A stretch of DNA of 64,000 bases, from the NCBI GenBank assembly GCA_030141605.1, contig JAQGDQ010000210.1, forward strand, positions 320,553 through 384,552, read 5' to 3'. The number at the start of each line of letters is the position of its first letter. The first letter of the stretch is position 1. A program made the position numbers and the translations under genes. This document shows positions 12,621 through 25,141 of this stretch, one piece after another. This DNA is from Tubiluchus corallicola. Taxonomy: Eukaryota > Animalia > Priapulida. The notes below the pieces were generated by a model, which was not told where the DNA came from, ran no database searches, and saw only the letters and a program-made list of their open reading frames with translations.

Positions 12621-13378
12621 CAATTTATTTTGACAGTTTTAGACACAATATTTCGTGTACAATGTGACAATCATAAATGTGATGGAGGCTGTCACGAAAA
12701 ACCCATAAAGATCATTGTACAAACGTACTTCAAGTGAACAGTCAGACTAGTTTTCGTGAAAATCAACCAACAAATAGCAGAGCTTTCTCCACACGTCAAA
12801 CAGGAGGTCTCACATGGTGCTTATGCTCAAACTTTCAAGCTGAATTAGCTTTAGCTAAAGATTGCATAGATAATATAATTATTGTTACTAGTTTTTTCCA
12901 AATCAGCAATAAGTAAATGATAGGGAATCAAAAATCAAAATCGATCATTTTTCATATTCTGGGATGGGAAGCTCGGATTTAGATGGGAATACCACAATAA
13001 AAAAATAAATTAAGCAGGTATACAAATTATTCAATTGGTCATCAAAATCATAACTAAAATTGACAAAAGTAACTCCGGTATTCTCTATTGCTACTTTTGC
13101 TTGAATTATAACAATAATTAATCCTTAAATTCAATGAAACTTTTAAATTATCTTACAGCTACTAAGCGACACATGAGTGATGATAATGAGGTAATGAAAT
13201 CGACGACGACGACGACGACGATAATGATGATGATGATGATGATAATGATGATGATGATGATGATAACAGTGACAACGCCAAAGAGATGACAACAATTGTG
13301 GAATAGAGGAAATGGCTAAATTTTACATACAGTTACAATGTCTGCTCTTAATATCAATAACTGATACATTACTCTGAC

Positions 13379-13522
13379 CTCTCGTATATCGTCGATTCAG
13401 CAGTATGTTCCCTGAATGTAAAAATGCATTTGCGGAGTTTGCATTAACAAAAGGTGAGCGCTGGTTTCTAATAGTCTCTAGCTCGTTGCCTGTAAGGTGA
13501 AGTGGATCATCTTTTGATAAAT
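13379..13522 (-). CDS. ILP: Insulin/IGF-like peptide, middle coding exon: C-peptide (DLSKDDPLHLTGNELETIRNQRSPFVNANSANAFLHSGNILLNRRYTR)
   Basis: Acceptor ttttttttcgttcag|, donor AG|gtcaga, 144 nt, phase 1-1, open in the required frame and ending in an R-x-x-R convertase site immediately before the A-chain Gly. Confidence 0.88.
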
Positions 13523-13987
13523 CTGAACGAAAAAAAATGATTTTGCAATATCAGTCTCATTAAAATTTAGCACTGTATAAATTAAGGAGCTTAGACTCCT
13601 GCAAAAGCGTGCTGAAAATTTTCAACGAAGCTACCCAAATTCCCAAGAAAGTTTTAGTTTCATTAAACGTGACAAATTACAATCGATTAACAGCCTCGTT
13701 TACTCATGTATTATAAACGGTCTAATTCATCAGGAGAAAATAACGTGTTTTAACTCGAAACTGAAATAATATGACAATATGAAGTTTATGCATGAAGTAC
13801 AGTTATCAGTTGTTCAAATCTAAAGGTAACTCCAATTTCGGCACTAATTTTGATCTATTCTACGATTGCACGTTTCTCAAAGAGTTACCTGAGAAACTCA
13901 AATAGTGAAGTGGAAAAGCAGCGCAAAATGCAGAAACGATCTACAAAGACAGAGAGTTTCGGTTTGAACATATAAGTTCAACAATTA

Positions 13988-14442
13988 CCGTATTTTCCCG
14001 TGTATAAGAGACCCTTTTTTGCTCAGAATTTTCACTTTAAAAATAGGGGGTCTCTTATACATGGGAGTAAGTCTTTTCAATAAGATGCATAAATTGTGAC
14101 ACTAATGATTTTAAAGAAATAAGTGCTCTACAACTGTTTTGCGTGTCTCGTTCGACTATGAAGCGGTTGTAAGCAATACAAGCATCGTGACACAGGCATT
14201 ATCTCCTCGTTTTCTCTTTTCCTGTTACAGGTTTGCAGGTACGCACTTTAATATATACCAGTACTCTTTTTCTACAACACATTAACTGGTTTTATTTTGT
14301 TTTCAGTACCGCACTGAGTTGAAAAAAGTTGTACTTTACCCTCTAAAAATGTCCGTCTGAAAAAACTTTTTTCCAGAATTTTTGCCTAAAAATTGAAGGG
14401 GTCTCTTATACACAAGGGTCTCTTATACACGGGAAAATACGG
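13988..14442. mobile_element. Non-autonomous Tc1/mariner-superfamily (Tc2-like) MITE in ILP intron
   Basis: Perfect 29-bp TIR CCGTATTTTCCCGTGTATAAGAGACCCTT with TA target duplication on both sides. Confidence 0.9.
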
Positions 14443-15404
14443 TACTTTGCAATCTTACCATTAATGTTTAACTGTCGCAAATAGCGAAATTGGGTCAGTA
14501 ACGGTCACTGATCACTATTATAATCAAATCCCAGTTATACCGATCAAGATTTCTCAATGATTAAATTTAAATCACAACGGAATTTATCTGTAACTGAATA
14601 AGCGCAGATTTTCTTAAATCTTCTCAACATCATTCTTATATCTTTAACAAAAGCATGTACTCTCTGTGAAAGTAGTATTAGTACTTAAGCGTAATACCAC
14701 GGCTGTAAACCGAAATTATGTTGTGCACATGGTTTTTTGAGCTGTGAAGAAACTTTCAAAGAAAGTTACAAATATCCAATGCCTGCGTTTTACGACTCTG
14801 TGGTTTCGAGGAATTTCCTAATAAACTCTAAAACATCAAACCGGGATTGTAGGAAAGATATTGGAGACAGGATTATTTATTTATTAGACTTAAATGTCAC
14901 TCCTATTCGATATCATGTCTAGGGAAAGTGATTTACAAAAGCAATTTTATCTTTTCCTCTACCTTTCGTGAATTTATGAAGAAAACGCAACTTTCCAAGT
15001 TTCTTGGTTACCAATCAGCGAACACTGAGTGACTACAGTAACAGTGAAACGAGTGGAACAGTGAATTGATTTAGGGCCGTCCGTTTTTGACGCATGCGTT
15101 TTAACGCACTTGTGAATAGGCCCTTAGATGTACACGTTACTAGTAGGTGACATAAAACGAAAGACCATGTAGTTTCATAGTTCTAACTTTGGGTTAAAGC
15201 GCTGGAGTGATTCCTTTCTTTCTCTACTGACTAATGTCAAATTTGCGGATCTGGGTTTATTATCTTAATAGGTCTTCGCAACCTTTCTCTCAAGGAGTTA
15301 TTTTGGAGCTCAAAAAACACCGAAATGTGCACTGAAGAAATGTCAACTGGCGAATTGGCGAGACTTTTTGCCACCGTATCGTGATGGACTTTAGACTATC
15401 TTTA

Positions 15405-16535
15405 TACAACTCTGTAGCTCTGCACTGCTCTCTGCACATCTTTATAACTCTGCACAGCTCTGTAGCTCTGCACAGCTCTGTAGTTCTGCACAGCTCTGTA
15501 ACTCTGCACAGCTCTGTAACTCTGCACAGCTCTGTAGCTCTGCACAGCTCTGTAACTCTGCACAGCTCTGTAGCTCTGCACAGCTCTGTAACTCTGCACA
15601 GCTCTGTAACTCTGCACAGCTCTGTAACTCTGCACAGCTCTGTAACTCTGCACAGCTCTGTAGTTCTGCACAGCTTTGTAACTCTGCACAGCTCTATAGC
15701 TCTGCACAGCTCTGTAACTCTGCACAGCTTTGTAGCTCTGCACAGCTTTGTAGCTCTGCACAGCTCTGTAACTCTGCACAGCTCTGTAACTCTGCACAGC
15801 TTTGTAGCTCTGTACAGCTTTGTAGCTCTGCACAGCTCTGTAACTCTGCACAGCTCTGTAACTCTGCACAGCTCTGTAGCTCTGCACAGCTCTGTAACTC
15901 TGCACAGCTCTGTAACTATGCACAGCTCTGTAACTCTGCACATCTTTGTAGCTCTGCACAGCTTTGTAACTCTGCACAGCTCTGTAGCTCTGCACAGCTC
16001 TGTAGCTCTGTGCATCTTTGTAGCTCTGCACAGCTTTGTAACTCTGCACAGCTCTGTAGCTCTGCACAGCTCTGTAGCTCTGAGCATCTTTGTAGCTCTG
16101 CACAGCTCTGTAGCTCTGCACAGCTCTGTAACTCTGCACAGCTCTGTAACTCTGCACAGCTCTGTAGCTCTGCACAGCTTTGTAACTCTGCACAGCTCTG
16201 TAACTCTGCACAGCACTGTAGTTCTGCAAAGCTCTGTAGCTCTGCACAGCTCTGTAGTTCTGCACAGCTCTGTAGCTCTGCACAGCTCTGTGGCTTTGCA
16301 CAGCTTTGTAACTCTGCACAGCTGTGTAACTCTGCACAGCTGTGTAACTCTGCACAACTCTGTAACTCTGCACAGCTCTGTAGCTCTGCACAGCTCTGTA
16401 GCTCTGCACAGCTTTGTAGCTCTGCACAGCTCTGTAACTCTGCACAGCTCTGTAACTCTGCACAGCTCTGTAGCTCTGCACAGCTCTGTAGCTCTGCACA
16501 GCTCTGTAACTCTGCACAGCTGTGTAACTCTGCAT
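15405..16535. repeat. 18-bp minisatellite (about 60 copies) in ILP intron
   Basis: Unit ctctgcacagctctgta(a/g); explains four long periodic ORFs. Confidence 0.97.
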
Positions 16536-16581
16536 TATCTACTTTTTCCCGTTCTAATTTACCAGGTAAAAACTATCATAC

Positions 16582-16777
16582 CTTTGTTTTGTGTTCGTTT
16601 TGTTTGATTCGGTCCTCTAACATTACCGCGGCAGACTAAGGTGACAATTAAAGGTATTTTCGAACCACAAAGTCGCGGCCTCTTGGTAAGAGTGTGATAT
16701 TCCGGCTTACAGCTCACTTCTACGATGAATAGCATCAATGTCAGTATAGCATAGCATATACACTGGTGTATATTCAT
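16582..16777 (-). CDS. ILP: Insulin/IGF-like peptide, first coding exon: signal peptide plus B chain (…RLCGSKIPLIVTLVCRG…TKRTQNK)
   Basis: ATG directly after acceptor ttttgtttttcag; hydrophobic signal; LCG-x10-C B-chain motif; KR site; phase-1 donor AAAG|gtatga. Joined CDS is 444 nt, 147 aa, with all six insulin-fold cysteines. Confidence 0.93.
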
Positions 16778-17925
16778 CTGAAAAACAAAACATATAAACG
16801 CATAACAAACAACGGATTATTAGGACAAACATTAACCTGTTCAATGAAGCAGAACTCAAAATGACGTAACTTTATAATCATAAGTCTCATATATGAAGCT
16901 GTATGTAGGTATGACGGGATGTGGTTATAATAGTGCTGTTCCTGTCTTCTCCTCTATGTCGACCTGACATGCTACAGGACAAAATAATGTTGTTACCGTG
17001 AGCGGTTATCGGAAGCAATTTGTAATAAAAAATATTCGTATTAATCAGTTAAATGCCTCCCGTTTTAAAGGTCGCTTTTTTCTACATATGTTTCTGAAAA
17101 CTTAATTTTTACGTGAAATTGTGTGCGTCTTTTTGTACAAAAATTATCAGTTACTAATATATTCTAACGTTTCCAGTTTTCCTGGACAAGTTTTGCAAGT
17201 TTTCGTTTTTCGATTTTTTAAACATTGAAAATTCAAAATGAGAAGGTTTAAGTAGGAGCTACCTCTGCCAAGGAAGAGGCCTGTAACGAGCGCATCTATT
17301 TTTGAGCTGAAACTTGCTGAACCTCGCCTACCGGAGGCACAGAACTTTTCATCTAAGAAGGTAAAGTCCTTAAAAGAAAGAAGAGACGATTACGTTCATA
17401 ATAGCTAAATCTGCGGGAGGAGAGAAAAGTATAGCTATAAATGTTGGGGTAAACGCATCGAAGTTGCTTATTGGTAGCTAAATAAAAGAAAGCTAAGATT
17501 GGTAGACAGGGCCGACAGTCTATCACTAGGCAAACTAGGCAGTTGCTAGGTCGCCAAATTCTGGAAATAATTTTTTAATTTTTAAGTTTAAAATAAGCAA
17601 TAACATAATATAAGTGTTTCAGCATTTATCTAATAATGGCTGATAAACCTATAAGAACAAAGTACGGAACACAGAAAAGGAAAGATTCATTTATAACCCA
17701 CTGAATCGTAATTTACAGATTAAATCACATTATTGCCTTAAAAATAGCGTAATTCATATCAATTATCACAATGCTTGTAGAACTAGAAAACCATTTAAGA
17801 GAAGGTAAGCAAATTACATCAGTTTTGGTACAGAAAGCTATAAGTCCTCGAAGTATTATTGTCTAATGGACGCTTACAGTAACTTCTGACGAGAAAATCT
17901 TATAGTGTAATTGCAATATGTTTAA

Positions 17926-18253
17926 AGGAAAACAGGATGATTTTTCACAGACTACCCCATTTTCAAGTCCGACGAAAAATATACATTTTAACACAATTAA
18001 TACTGCAAAAGCGCTTCAGTTAATTAAATAATAGATTAAAAACTTAATTAACGGTGATGGATCCCAACTATTGATTACATCACAAACTAACATAATTTTC
18101 AACGGCAAAAATATTGCATGAGCGTGTTGCGCGTGTTTACGAAAACGAAAACTGGAGTACAGTGTTACTATAAGATATTCGATGCGTTGTACTAAAACTG
18201 GCACGTTTTAAAACAAAAATTTAAATTTCAAATTTACCGCTGTGCTCACGCAT
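17926..18253. mobile_element. Kolobok-like family A, truncated copy
   Basis: TTAA|AGGAAAACAGG start, colinear with 6935-7245. Confidence 0.8.
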
Positions 18254-20995
18254 AAGAAATAACGATAACCTAGAATACAAAAGAAAGAAAATTAAACAGA
18301 AATTAAAAAAAAAACAGAAACTAGAAATAAAAAAGGGAAATCCCGAAGGCAGTAAAGACAGCGTATCGTATTACTTATGAAAATAAAATTTCAATAATCC
18401 AGTAAAAAGAAAATATCATTACGGATAACAGAATTTGTGCTTTGTTGTTTTCAAAAACTTGCAGTGTTGAGAGCGTATTTGTATGTTTTGCAGGTGAAGC
18501 AGCTGTAGCAGTAATCAATTTTTGTGCAACGGTAAAAATCTCAGCTTGTTTTTGAATTGCTCAAGATGGCGCCACCGGAGTGGAATAAAATTAAAACTTC
18601 TCCGTAGCCTTGCTACTAGCTTCCGGTCAGGACAATGTTTGAATGTTAAGTTTATGTTTCAATCTTATCCACTTGCTAAGCATGTAAATTCTTTTACGTT
18701 ACTCCTTTAACCATTTGATATAGTCATGATTTCACTGCTTTGAATTGAATTGAACTGAATTGTATCAAATCGAATCTGTAATGGATACAAAACACCAGTT
18801 TAACGTGTTGACCAAAAGTTTCTTTATTCTGAAAGACAATTATTAACATTCAGCTTAATTTGCATCGAGTAGAAGAGAATTAGTTGCATGATTAAATGTA
18901 TTGCTATAACTAAGTACTGATATAAAAATCATGTAAACTATATTGAAGTTAATTAATAATAACTTACGTTGTTAGAGCCTTTAACAGTTACAAAGACAGG
19001 AATGCGAACTCCAAGTAGCTTTAAGAACAACAATGTCACAACAATAAATTCGTAAGAAATTCACCATCATAATGCTCATCACAGTCAGAAAAATAGAGCA
19101 ATGGCGGAGAGAACCAAAAAACGGGTAAAAGCTCACGAAAGACCAAAATGCTAATGTATTCAAGGATATTAGGTGCTTCAATTTTAAAAGAGTGACTTCT
19201 GTAAAAGGTGAAAAGCCTACTAAATAAACAAACAGGTGGTAGCGCCGTGGCAGTAATTGAGAACTAAATTAAAACCAAAAAAGGGCCTATGCACCCACTA
19301 CAGAATCGATTCAATCGAATTGAGCTGAATTACCAAACAGTTTCGCACCATGTCCACTGTGCATTATTAAACACTGCATTAGTTTTAATATTTTTAATTT
19401 TTATTTAACTGGAAAACTATTTCACGAAATAAATGTTCAGGAGACCCAAAAGCGTAAATTTCAATCTATGAGAGCGATGTAGCAGCTGTGGCAGCTGTAA
19501 AATCTATATTAGAAAGTGACTGTAGCAAATCTTAGTTGTAAGAAAGTAATGATTATTGTTATAAAGTTTATACTAAATATATATTTTTCATGTATTTTGA
19601 TGGACGCTTAGTTTATAAAACTTTTAAATATGACGGGTAACACTTGCTGAAATTAAACTCCATATTGTTTTTGCCCACTATTTCCCCTGAGATTACGAAA
19701 CCCCTAACTGAATTTAGCAGTTCTTACAGAACGTTCTTGTTAGAGCTATGGCAGCTGTTTAAACCTTTAAGTATAGTTAACGTACGAAAAACGCGCTTAG
19801 AACTTTGCGTTTTCATCTGGCTAATGTGTGGAAAATTAGAAATCCCAACTGAATCGCACAGGTTTGAAAGCAAAACTAGATTTACGTAAAGTAATGTGAA
19901 CAGAATAGAGTAATCTCATCTCACTTGAAGAACAACATTTCTGCTACTAAGTGAAATGGTTAGAAATAACGGAAATAAAATTTACTAAAGGGAACATAAC
20001 TCTTTCATGCTCGTGTTTAAATAAGTAAAAATCTGAAATTTATAACTAATCAATAACTACAAAAGCCTTTGCATATTGTGTCTTTGAAATGGTAAGCACT
20101 CGGTACTAAACAACTTAAAGAAGTGTAACACTTTTGAGGAAATCCGTTTCGCTGAGCACTTATGCATGCGTAATACTACAACACGATAAATGTCTCAAGC
20201 GGGTGCAAAAATTTTCACCCTTTTATAGCATAATTATCAAAAATTACGCATGGCTGCACATTGAAACTGCCACGTCTTGATGATTAAGGTGAATGGTCAA
20301 ACAGCTCATCTTGGGAAAACATTTTTGAAATGCAAGGCAGGCTAGCAAGCCCATGAGATGCCTTATAAAGTTCTATCAGTGACAAAATTTTAAAGTATAG
20401 ACGCCGAAATGCTAATTTTTTTCTCTTGAGAATTTAATGTTAAATCTGTGTAAGAAACAGATAGATGTCTTCGGCTTTCCAGAAATAATCATCAGAAAAT
20501 TTTGTGTTTTTTTTTTGTCATCAACTACAAGTATTATTCAAAGCAAGCCTGCCTAGCCAACTGCTTTCCATGTTTTCAATTTCTTGATGTTTTGTTCGTA
20601 CATAAACTGTTTTTCCGTTTATGTTCAATTATATTTGCCAGATGCCAGCAGAGATGTCTTCAGCGCAGCAAGTTATCTAAGCTCATCTAAGGTATTTCAA
20701 GTTGCACTGGCACTAATGTTGAGACTTAAAATAAAAATAACAGGCGACACCAACTTAAGCAAAGACATGGCTTTTATTAAGACACAACATCTGCAACGTT
20801 TCGACACAGTTAAGGTCATGTTCACACAACAATCCACCGAAACAAAAATACAGTATAAAAAAATAAAAATTCCAAAAGCAACTTTGCGACATTGATTTTT
20901 GTATTTTGAATTTCTTTAACAATGTAATTTTATTTAGGTGTATTGTTGCGTGAACATGACCTTAACTGAGTCGAAGCGTTGCAAATGTTGTGTCT

Positions 20996-21450
20996 GTTGG
21001 CATCCTTCTGTCTCGGAAGACAATGGAATGTGCGCCAAGAGAGTCCGATCCTTGAACGTCTCCAGGGCGCAAGGTGCCTGGAGATCCTGAGTTGCCCAGA
21101 CCGCAGGAACCACCTCTCTTCCTTCCTAGAGTAGTCCAAAGGAAAGCGGTGTGATACGTTTGGCACCAGGTTAGCTGCAGGAGCTACCGGAGTCAGTGAG
21201 CATGCTGCACTGGTCCGCCTTCGGGGCTCCACTCCTGATTTGGAAGGTTTACTCCTCTACACATGGCCGTTGTGTCACTTGACCTCCTCCGCCCTCCGCC
21301 TAGTGTCGAGATACAGTGTGGGCATCCCGCAAGCCTACAGCACCTGGTATTCCTAGGCCGTCACCCATCCAAGCACTAACCAGGCTCTACGTTGCTTAAT
21401 TTCGGTGATCCGACGAGAACCGGTGTTTTCAACGTGATTTGGCCGTAGTG
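20996..21450 (-). mobile_element. 5S rRNA-derived SINE (SINE3-type)
   Basis: 5S-like head at 21450-21331 reads straight into a ~335-bp body also present at 7767-8181. No oligo-T terminator after the head. Possible TSD gtgtctgt at 20990-20997 and 21448-21455. Confidence 0.85.
21331..21450 (-). pseudogene. Full-length 5S rRNA-like sequence forming the SINE head
   Basis: Reverse complement ctacggccaaatcacgttgaaaacaccggttctcgtcggatcaccgaaattaagcaacgtagagcctggttagtgcttggatgggtgacggcctaggaataccaggtgctgtaggctt matches the metazoan 5S consensus including box A and box C. Confidence 0.9.
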
Positions 21451-22227
21451 TCTGTATGCCTTTGCTTATGTAGGTGCTGGTTGATATTTTTATTTTAAAA
21501 ATTCGTTTTTCCCATCACCAATCAGTTTCTCATGCTGTGATTTGAATGGAAAGTTCAAAAAGTGTAAAAACTCATCTGTTGTACAAACGTTGGAAAACTT
21601 TGTCAATTGAAACTTTAATCTTTGAGTGAAAATGGCTTCAAAACGAAGGTGAAAATTTTTGCTGTTGTAAACGCTGCGAACCGTCATTTCGAGTGAAGCA
21701 AGCGGACGAACAAAAGCAATAACAATATGTCACTGCCGCGAAACATCTCTTTGAACTGAACTGTTACGCATTGACTGTTGTAATTCAAAGTGAAAATGAA
21801 TTTGCATGAAACTCTGAAAGCATCGCAATGTGAACGCACTTTCACTCGAAGTGAAAGCAAATTAGCGACCTTATGAACGTAGCTTTAGTGAAAGCATTCT
21901 TTAAACGGCACAGCGTGACACAGTATCAGGAGACATAGTAATCAGGAGGGTTGGCGATGCATCAATGAAAAATTTACACCACTTTGATTCTGACCTTTGT
22001 ATAGTAATTAGAAATTTGTCTCATGGGAGGCGTGTTACATGAAGCTTCTCGCCTATATTTGTGTGTTAAGATTAACATTCAATGAAATTTGCATTCACGG
22101 CTCAGAACTCTTAACCGTTCGATAATTAATTACTTAATAGTACTAATTAAAAGGTTATGTTAACGTTTATTAACGAACTGTTTTTCAGAAAAGGAAAAAT
22201 TTATGAAAGCTTGCAGATCAAATTCAT

Positions 22228-23125
22228 GAGTAATGCGTGATGCGTAATGCGGGTACAACAGTTTGTACTTGAATATGTAAAATGTTTCCCTATGTACGTA
22301 ATACGCAGTCCGTTATGCGTGGCCCTTGACCAGAATTCACTCGAACGTCATCTTACCTTAGTCCTTCCCGTGCACGGATGCACATTGGGCAGAGAGCATT
22401 TTCCATTGGGTTCTATCGGCGGCTTCTCTTTCGATGTTCTCCCAACGTCTGTTCATAGGCCGAAGGTCTTCTTTGAATGATCTGCGCCACGTTGTTTTTG
22501 GCCGACCTCTTTTCCTTTTTCCACCAGGTGGTTCCCAGCGTAACGCTATTTTGGAGTGGCGTTGTTCTGGTAGGCGTAAATTATGTCCAGCCAATCTCAG
22601 CCTTCTTTCTGCGACTATTTCCTGCAACCGCCTTGACTGCGCCTGCTGTAGGACTTCCACATTGGTAACATGGTCGCGATAGGATATTTTTAGGATTTTC
22701 CGAAGACATTTATGGTGGAACGTCATCGCTATCGTCCAAATACGCATCTCTCACCACACGCAAACGAAAACCGCCGTTGCCTAGGTAATTTATGTTGTTC
22801 TGCATCCAGTTGCAATTCCTTCACTAAGTGGTGAGACACGCCGTATTGTTCTCTCTCCAGCAATGTTATGCACCTAAACTTGTGCTTCTCTTTTGAATTT
22901 TTCCGTCTAATAGTAGAAAGATAATTTAACGCCACCGCTGTACTTATTTCTTGATCACTGTCGCGCTGAAACTTCGACAGAGACATGGCTTCCAATTTTC
23001 ACGAAGTAAACAAAAATGGCGGAAAGGGATCGTGAGCTTTGTTAATACGCATAGCGTTCACAGGCACATGGAAGCAGTCAATAAGCATTACGCATGAGGG
23101 ATCACGCATTTCGCATTGTTTACCT
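22228..23125 (-). mobile_element. Degenerate Harbinger-like element interrupted by an RTE LINE
   Basis: Remnant LEREQYGVSHHLVKELQLD resembles the PIF/Harbinger transposase N-terminus; partial inverted aatgcgtgat/gcgtaatgc motifs near both ends. Boundaries approximate. Confidence 0.5.
22353..22717 (-). mobile_element. 5'-truncated RTE-clade LINE (3' end)
   Basis: FHHKCLRKILKISYRDHVTN…GHNLR…GKRKRGRPKTTW is typical of the RTE ORF C-terminus; flanked by direct repeat gaacgtcatc at 22343-22352 and 22718-22727. Confidence 0.92.
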
Positions 23126-24149
23126 TAATCTCGTAGACCACTAGATACTACTGTGTGTGCAAACTCAAGATGTTTGTTTTTTCTTTTTGCTTTCAATAGG
23201 GTTAATGGAGTAAACATTGGAACTATCTCGAAGCTGTAAAGTTCGTTTCCTTTCGATAAATTCCTACCCACCCCTTTCTTATATACCATTCCCTTTCTGG
23301 CTCTGACAATAATATTTAGTGAATTGCAACCATTCTTACGATCATTATTAATGTTATGGTCAAAACTTGCAAAACCAAAAACATTTTTCATTTCTTTTTA
23401 CTTTTTTACCAATTATCGAGTTTTCGCTCTCAGGTGGCAATGATTTTACGTTTTTCTACAAACCGCCCTAACCAAGATCAACAGCAATTCAGGTTATGGG
23501 ACTACAGTAAGACGGTGGAAATAAGAGTTGCTTTACACGTCCTGAGAAATCGAATTCATATAACTAATTTGCTAGTATCTGTTGATTTTCCATGAAATCA
23601 TGTGAGATTCAGTGAAATAATTTTCTAGTAGAGAACTGCACAGTTAAGAAACCCGACAGAAAAAATAGATTTCTAAGTTGTTCCACATCTACGAATGTCT
23701 GAGGCAAGTCTATAGAACCAGAAAGGAGAAAGCATCTTACATAAAAGTAGCATTAAAAGAGACGCCTAATGTAGCAAAGGACTTTCGGTGAGCAAATGAC
23801 TGCACAATTTACCCCAAATCAAACTCAACCAGATTGACTATTTGTTGGAAGATGTACTCCAACAAAGTCAAATTATCGATTTATAAAGACAGAGGATAGC
23901 TTTAGGTGTCAGGTAATTAGAAGCATGATACAAGCGCCCACTTCTTTTCATATGTTCTTAATTACTTCTTTAGAATATTTCTGTCTTTCAATATAAGCCT
24001 GATCAAAACGGAAAAGCGTCCGTATTTCCATATATTGTTACAGGCACCGTTATGATGACAAGAGAATGATCCAAGCTTAGTCTTCTTCGCATTACTGTGA
24101 TGCACCAGCCGCTGACCAAACACAAGCCAATTCAAGATCTCATTTAAAC

Positions 24150-24519
24150 ATTTGAGATGCTTCTAGTTGAGCATTGTCAAGCGGCACGCTTGTGCATTAC
24201 ATAAGAGTATGATCATCAGCATAGGTAGCATGTTTAGAAAGTACGGAGTTTGGCTGATCGCTGATGAACATTAGAAACAAAATAGGGTAGTAGTACAGAC
24301 GCTTGGGGAACACCCGAATTGATTTTACATACTGATGAAGACTGTCCTTTTTAAACAACTTGCAATCTGGGATTGCTGAGATAAGATGATATAATATCCT
24401 GTGCGATTGTAGTTTCTGAAGTAAACATCTGCGCCAGATTTTGTCGAAAGCATTTGGGGACATCAAAGGCTATTAATCTAGTCTCTCCTTGGCAGTCCAC
24501 AGCTCTAATATGCATAGCA
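24150..24519 (-). mobile_element. Degenerate CR1/L2-group LINE reverse transcriptase fragment
   Basis: AFDKIW…LLQKL, PILFLMFISD and YADD motifs, with frameshifts. Confidence 0.8.
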
Positions 24520-24523
24520 TTAA

Positions 24524-25141
24524 ACGAAGGCAGAATGATTTTTCATATACTACCCCATTTTCAAGTCGGATAAAAAGTATACATTTTAACACAATTAATA
24601 GAGCAAAAGCGTTTCTGATAACTAGATAATAGATTAAAAACTTAATTAACGGTGGGCGATCCCAACTATTGATGACATCACAAACTAACATAATTTTCAA
24701 CGGCAAAAATATTCCATGAGCGTGTTGCGCGTGTTTGCGAAAACGAAAATTGAAGTACAGTGTTACTATAAGATATTCGGTGTGTTGTACTAAAACTAGG
24801 CAAGTTTTAAGACAAAAATTCAAATTTCAAATTTACCGCTGCGTTTACGCATGAGCTGTCGAACGTGTGTAGCTCGTCACAAACTAACACATCTGAATTG
24901 AGAGGTACAGCACCTGTTTTTGTGCAATGCGTTTCCGAGATGCAGGCGCTAGTGCCCGTCTAACTAGCGAATGGCGAAATGCACGTAACAGCGAAGAACT
25001 AGTTGCGCAAACGAGAAATTGTGTTTGTGTTGTAATTATTCTTTCGCGTAAGTCGTTTTTGAAAAAAATACTATGTTTCCTTTCAATATTTTAAAGAGTA
25101 GATTGTTTTGACCTACAGTTTTGAACATTGGGCCGGTTTCC
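24524..25141. mobile_element. Kolobok-like family A, near full-length copy
   Basis: Colinear with 6935-7525 and preceded by TTAA. Confidence 0.82.

Noticed and set aside
15290-16639. Four long ORFs (209-408 aa) with 6-aa periodicity
   Set aside because: Products of a stop-free 18-bp minisatellite inside the ILP intron; open on both strands with no gene signals.
21331-21450. Functional 5S rRNA gene
   Set aside because: Isolated, has no oligo-T terminator and is fused to a repeated body; better explained as a SINE head.
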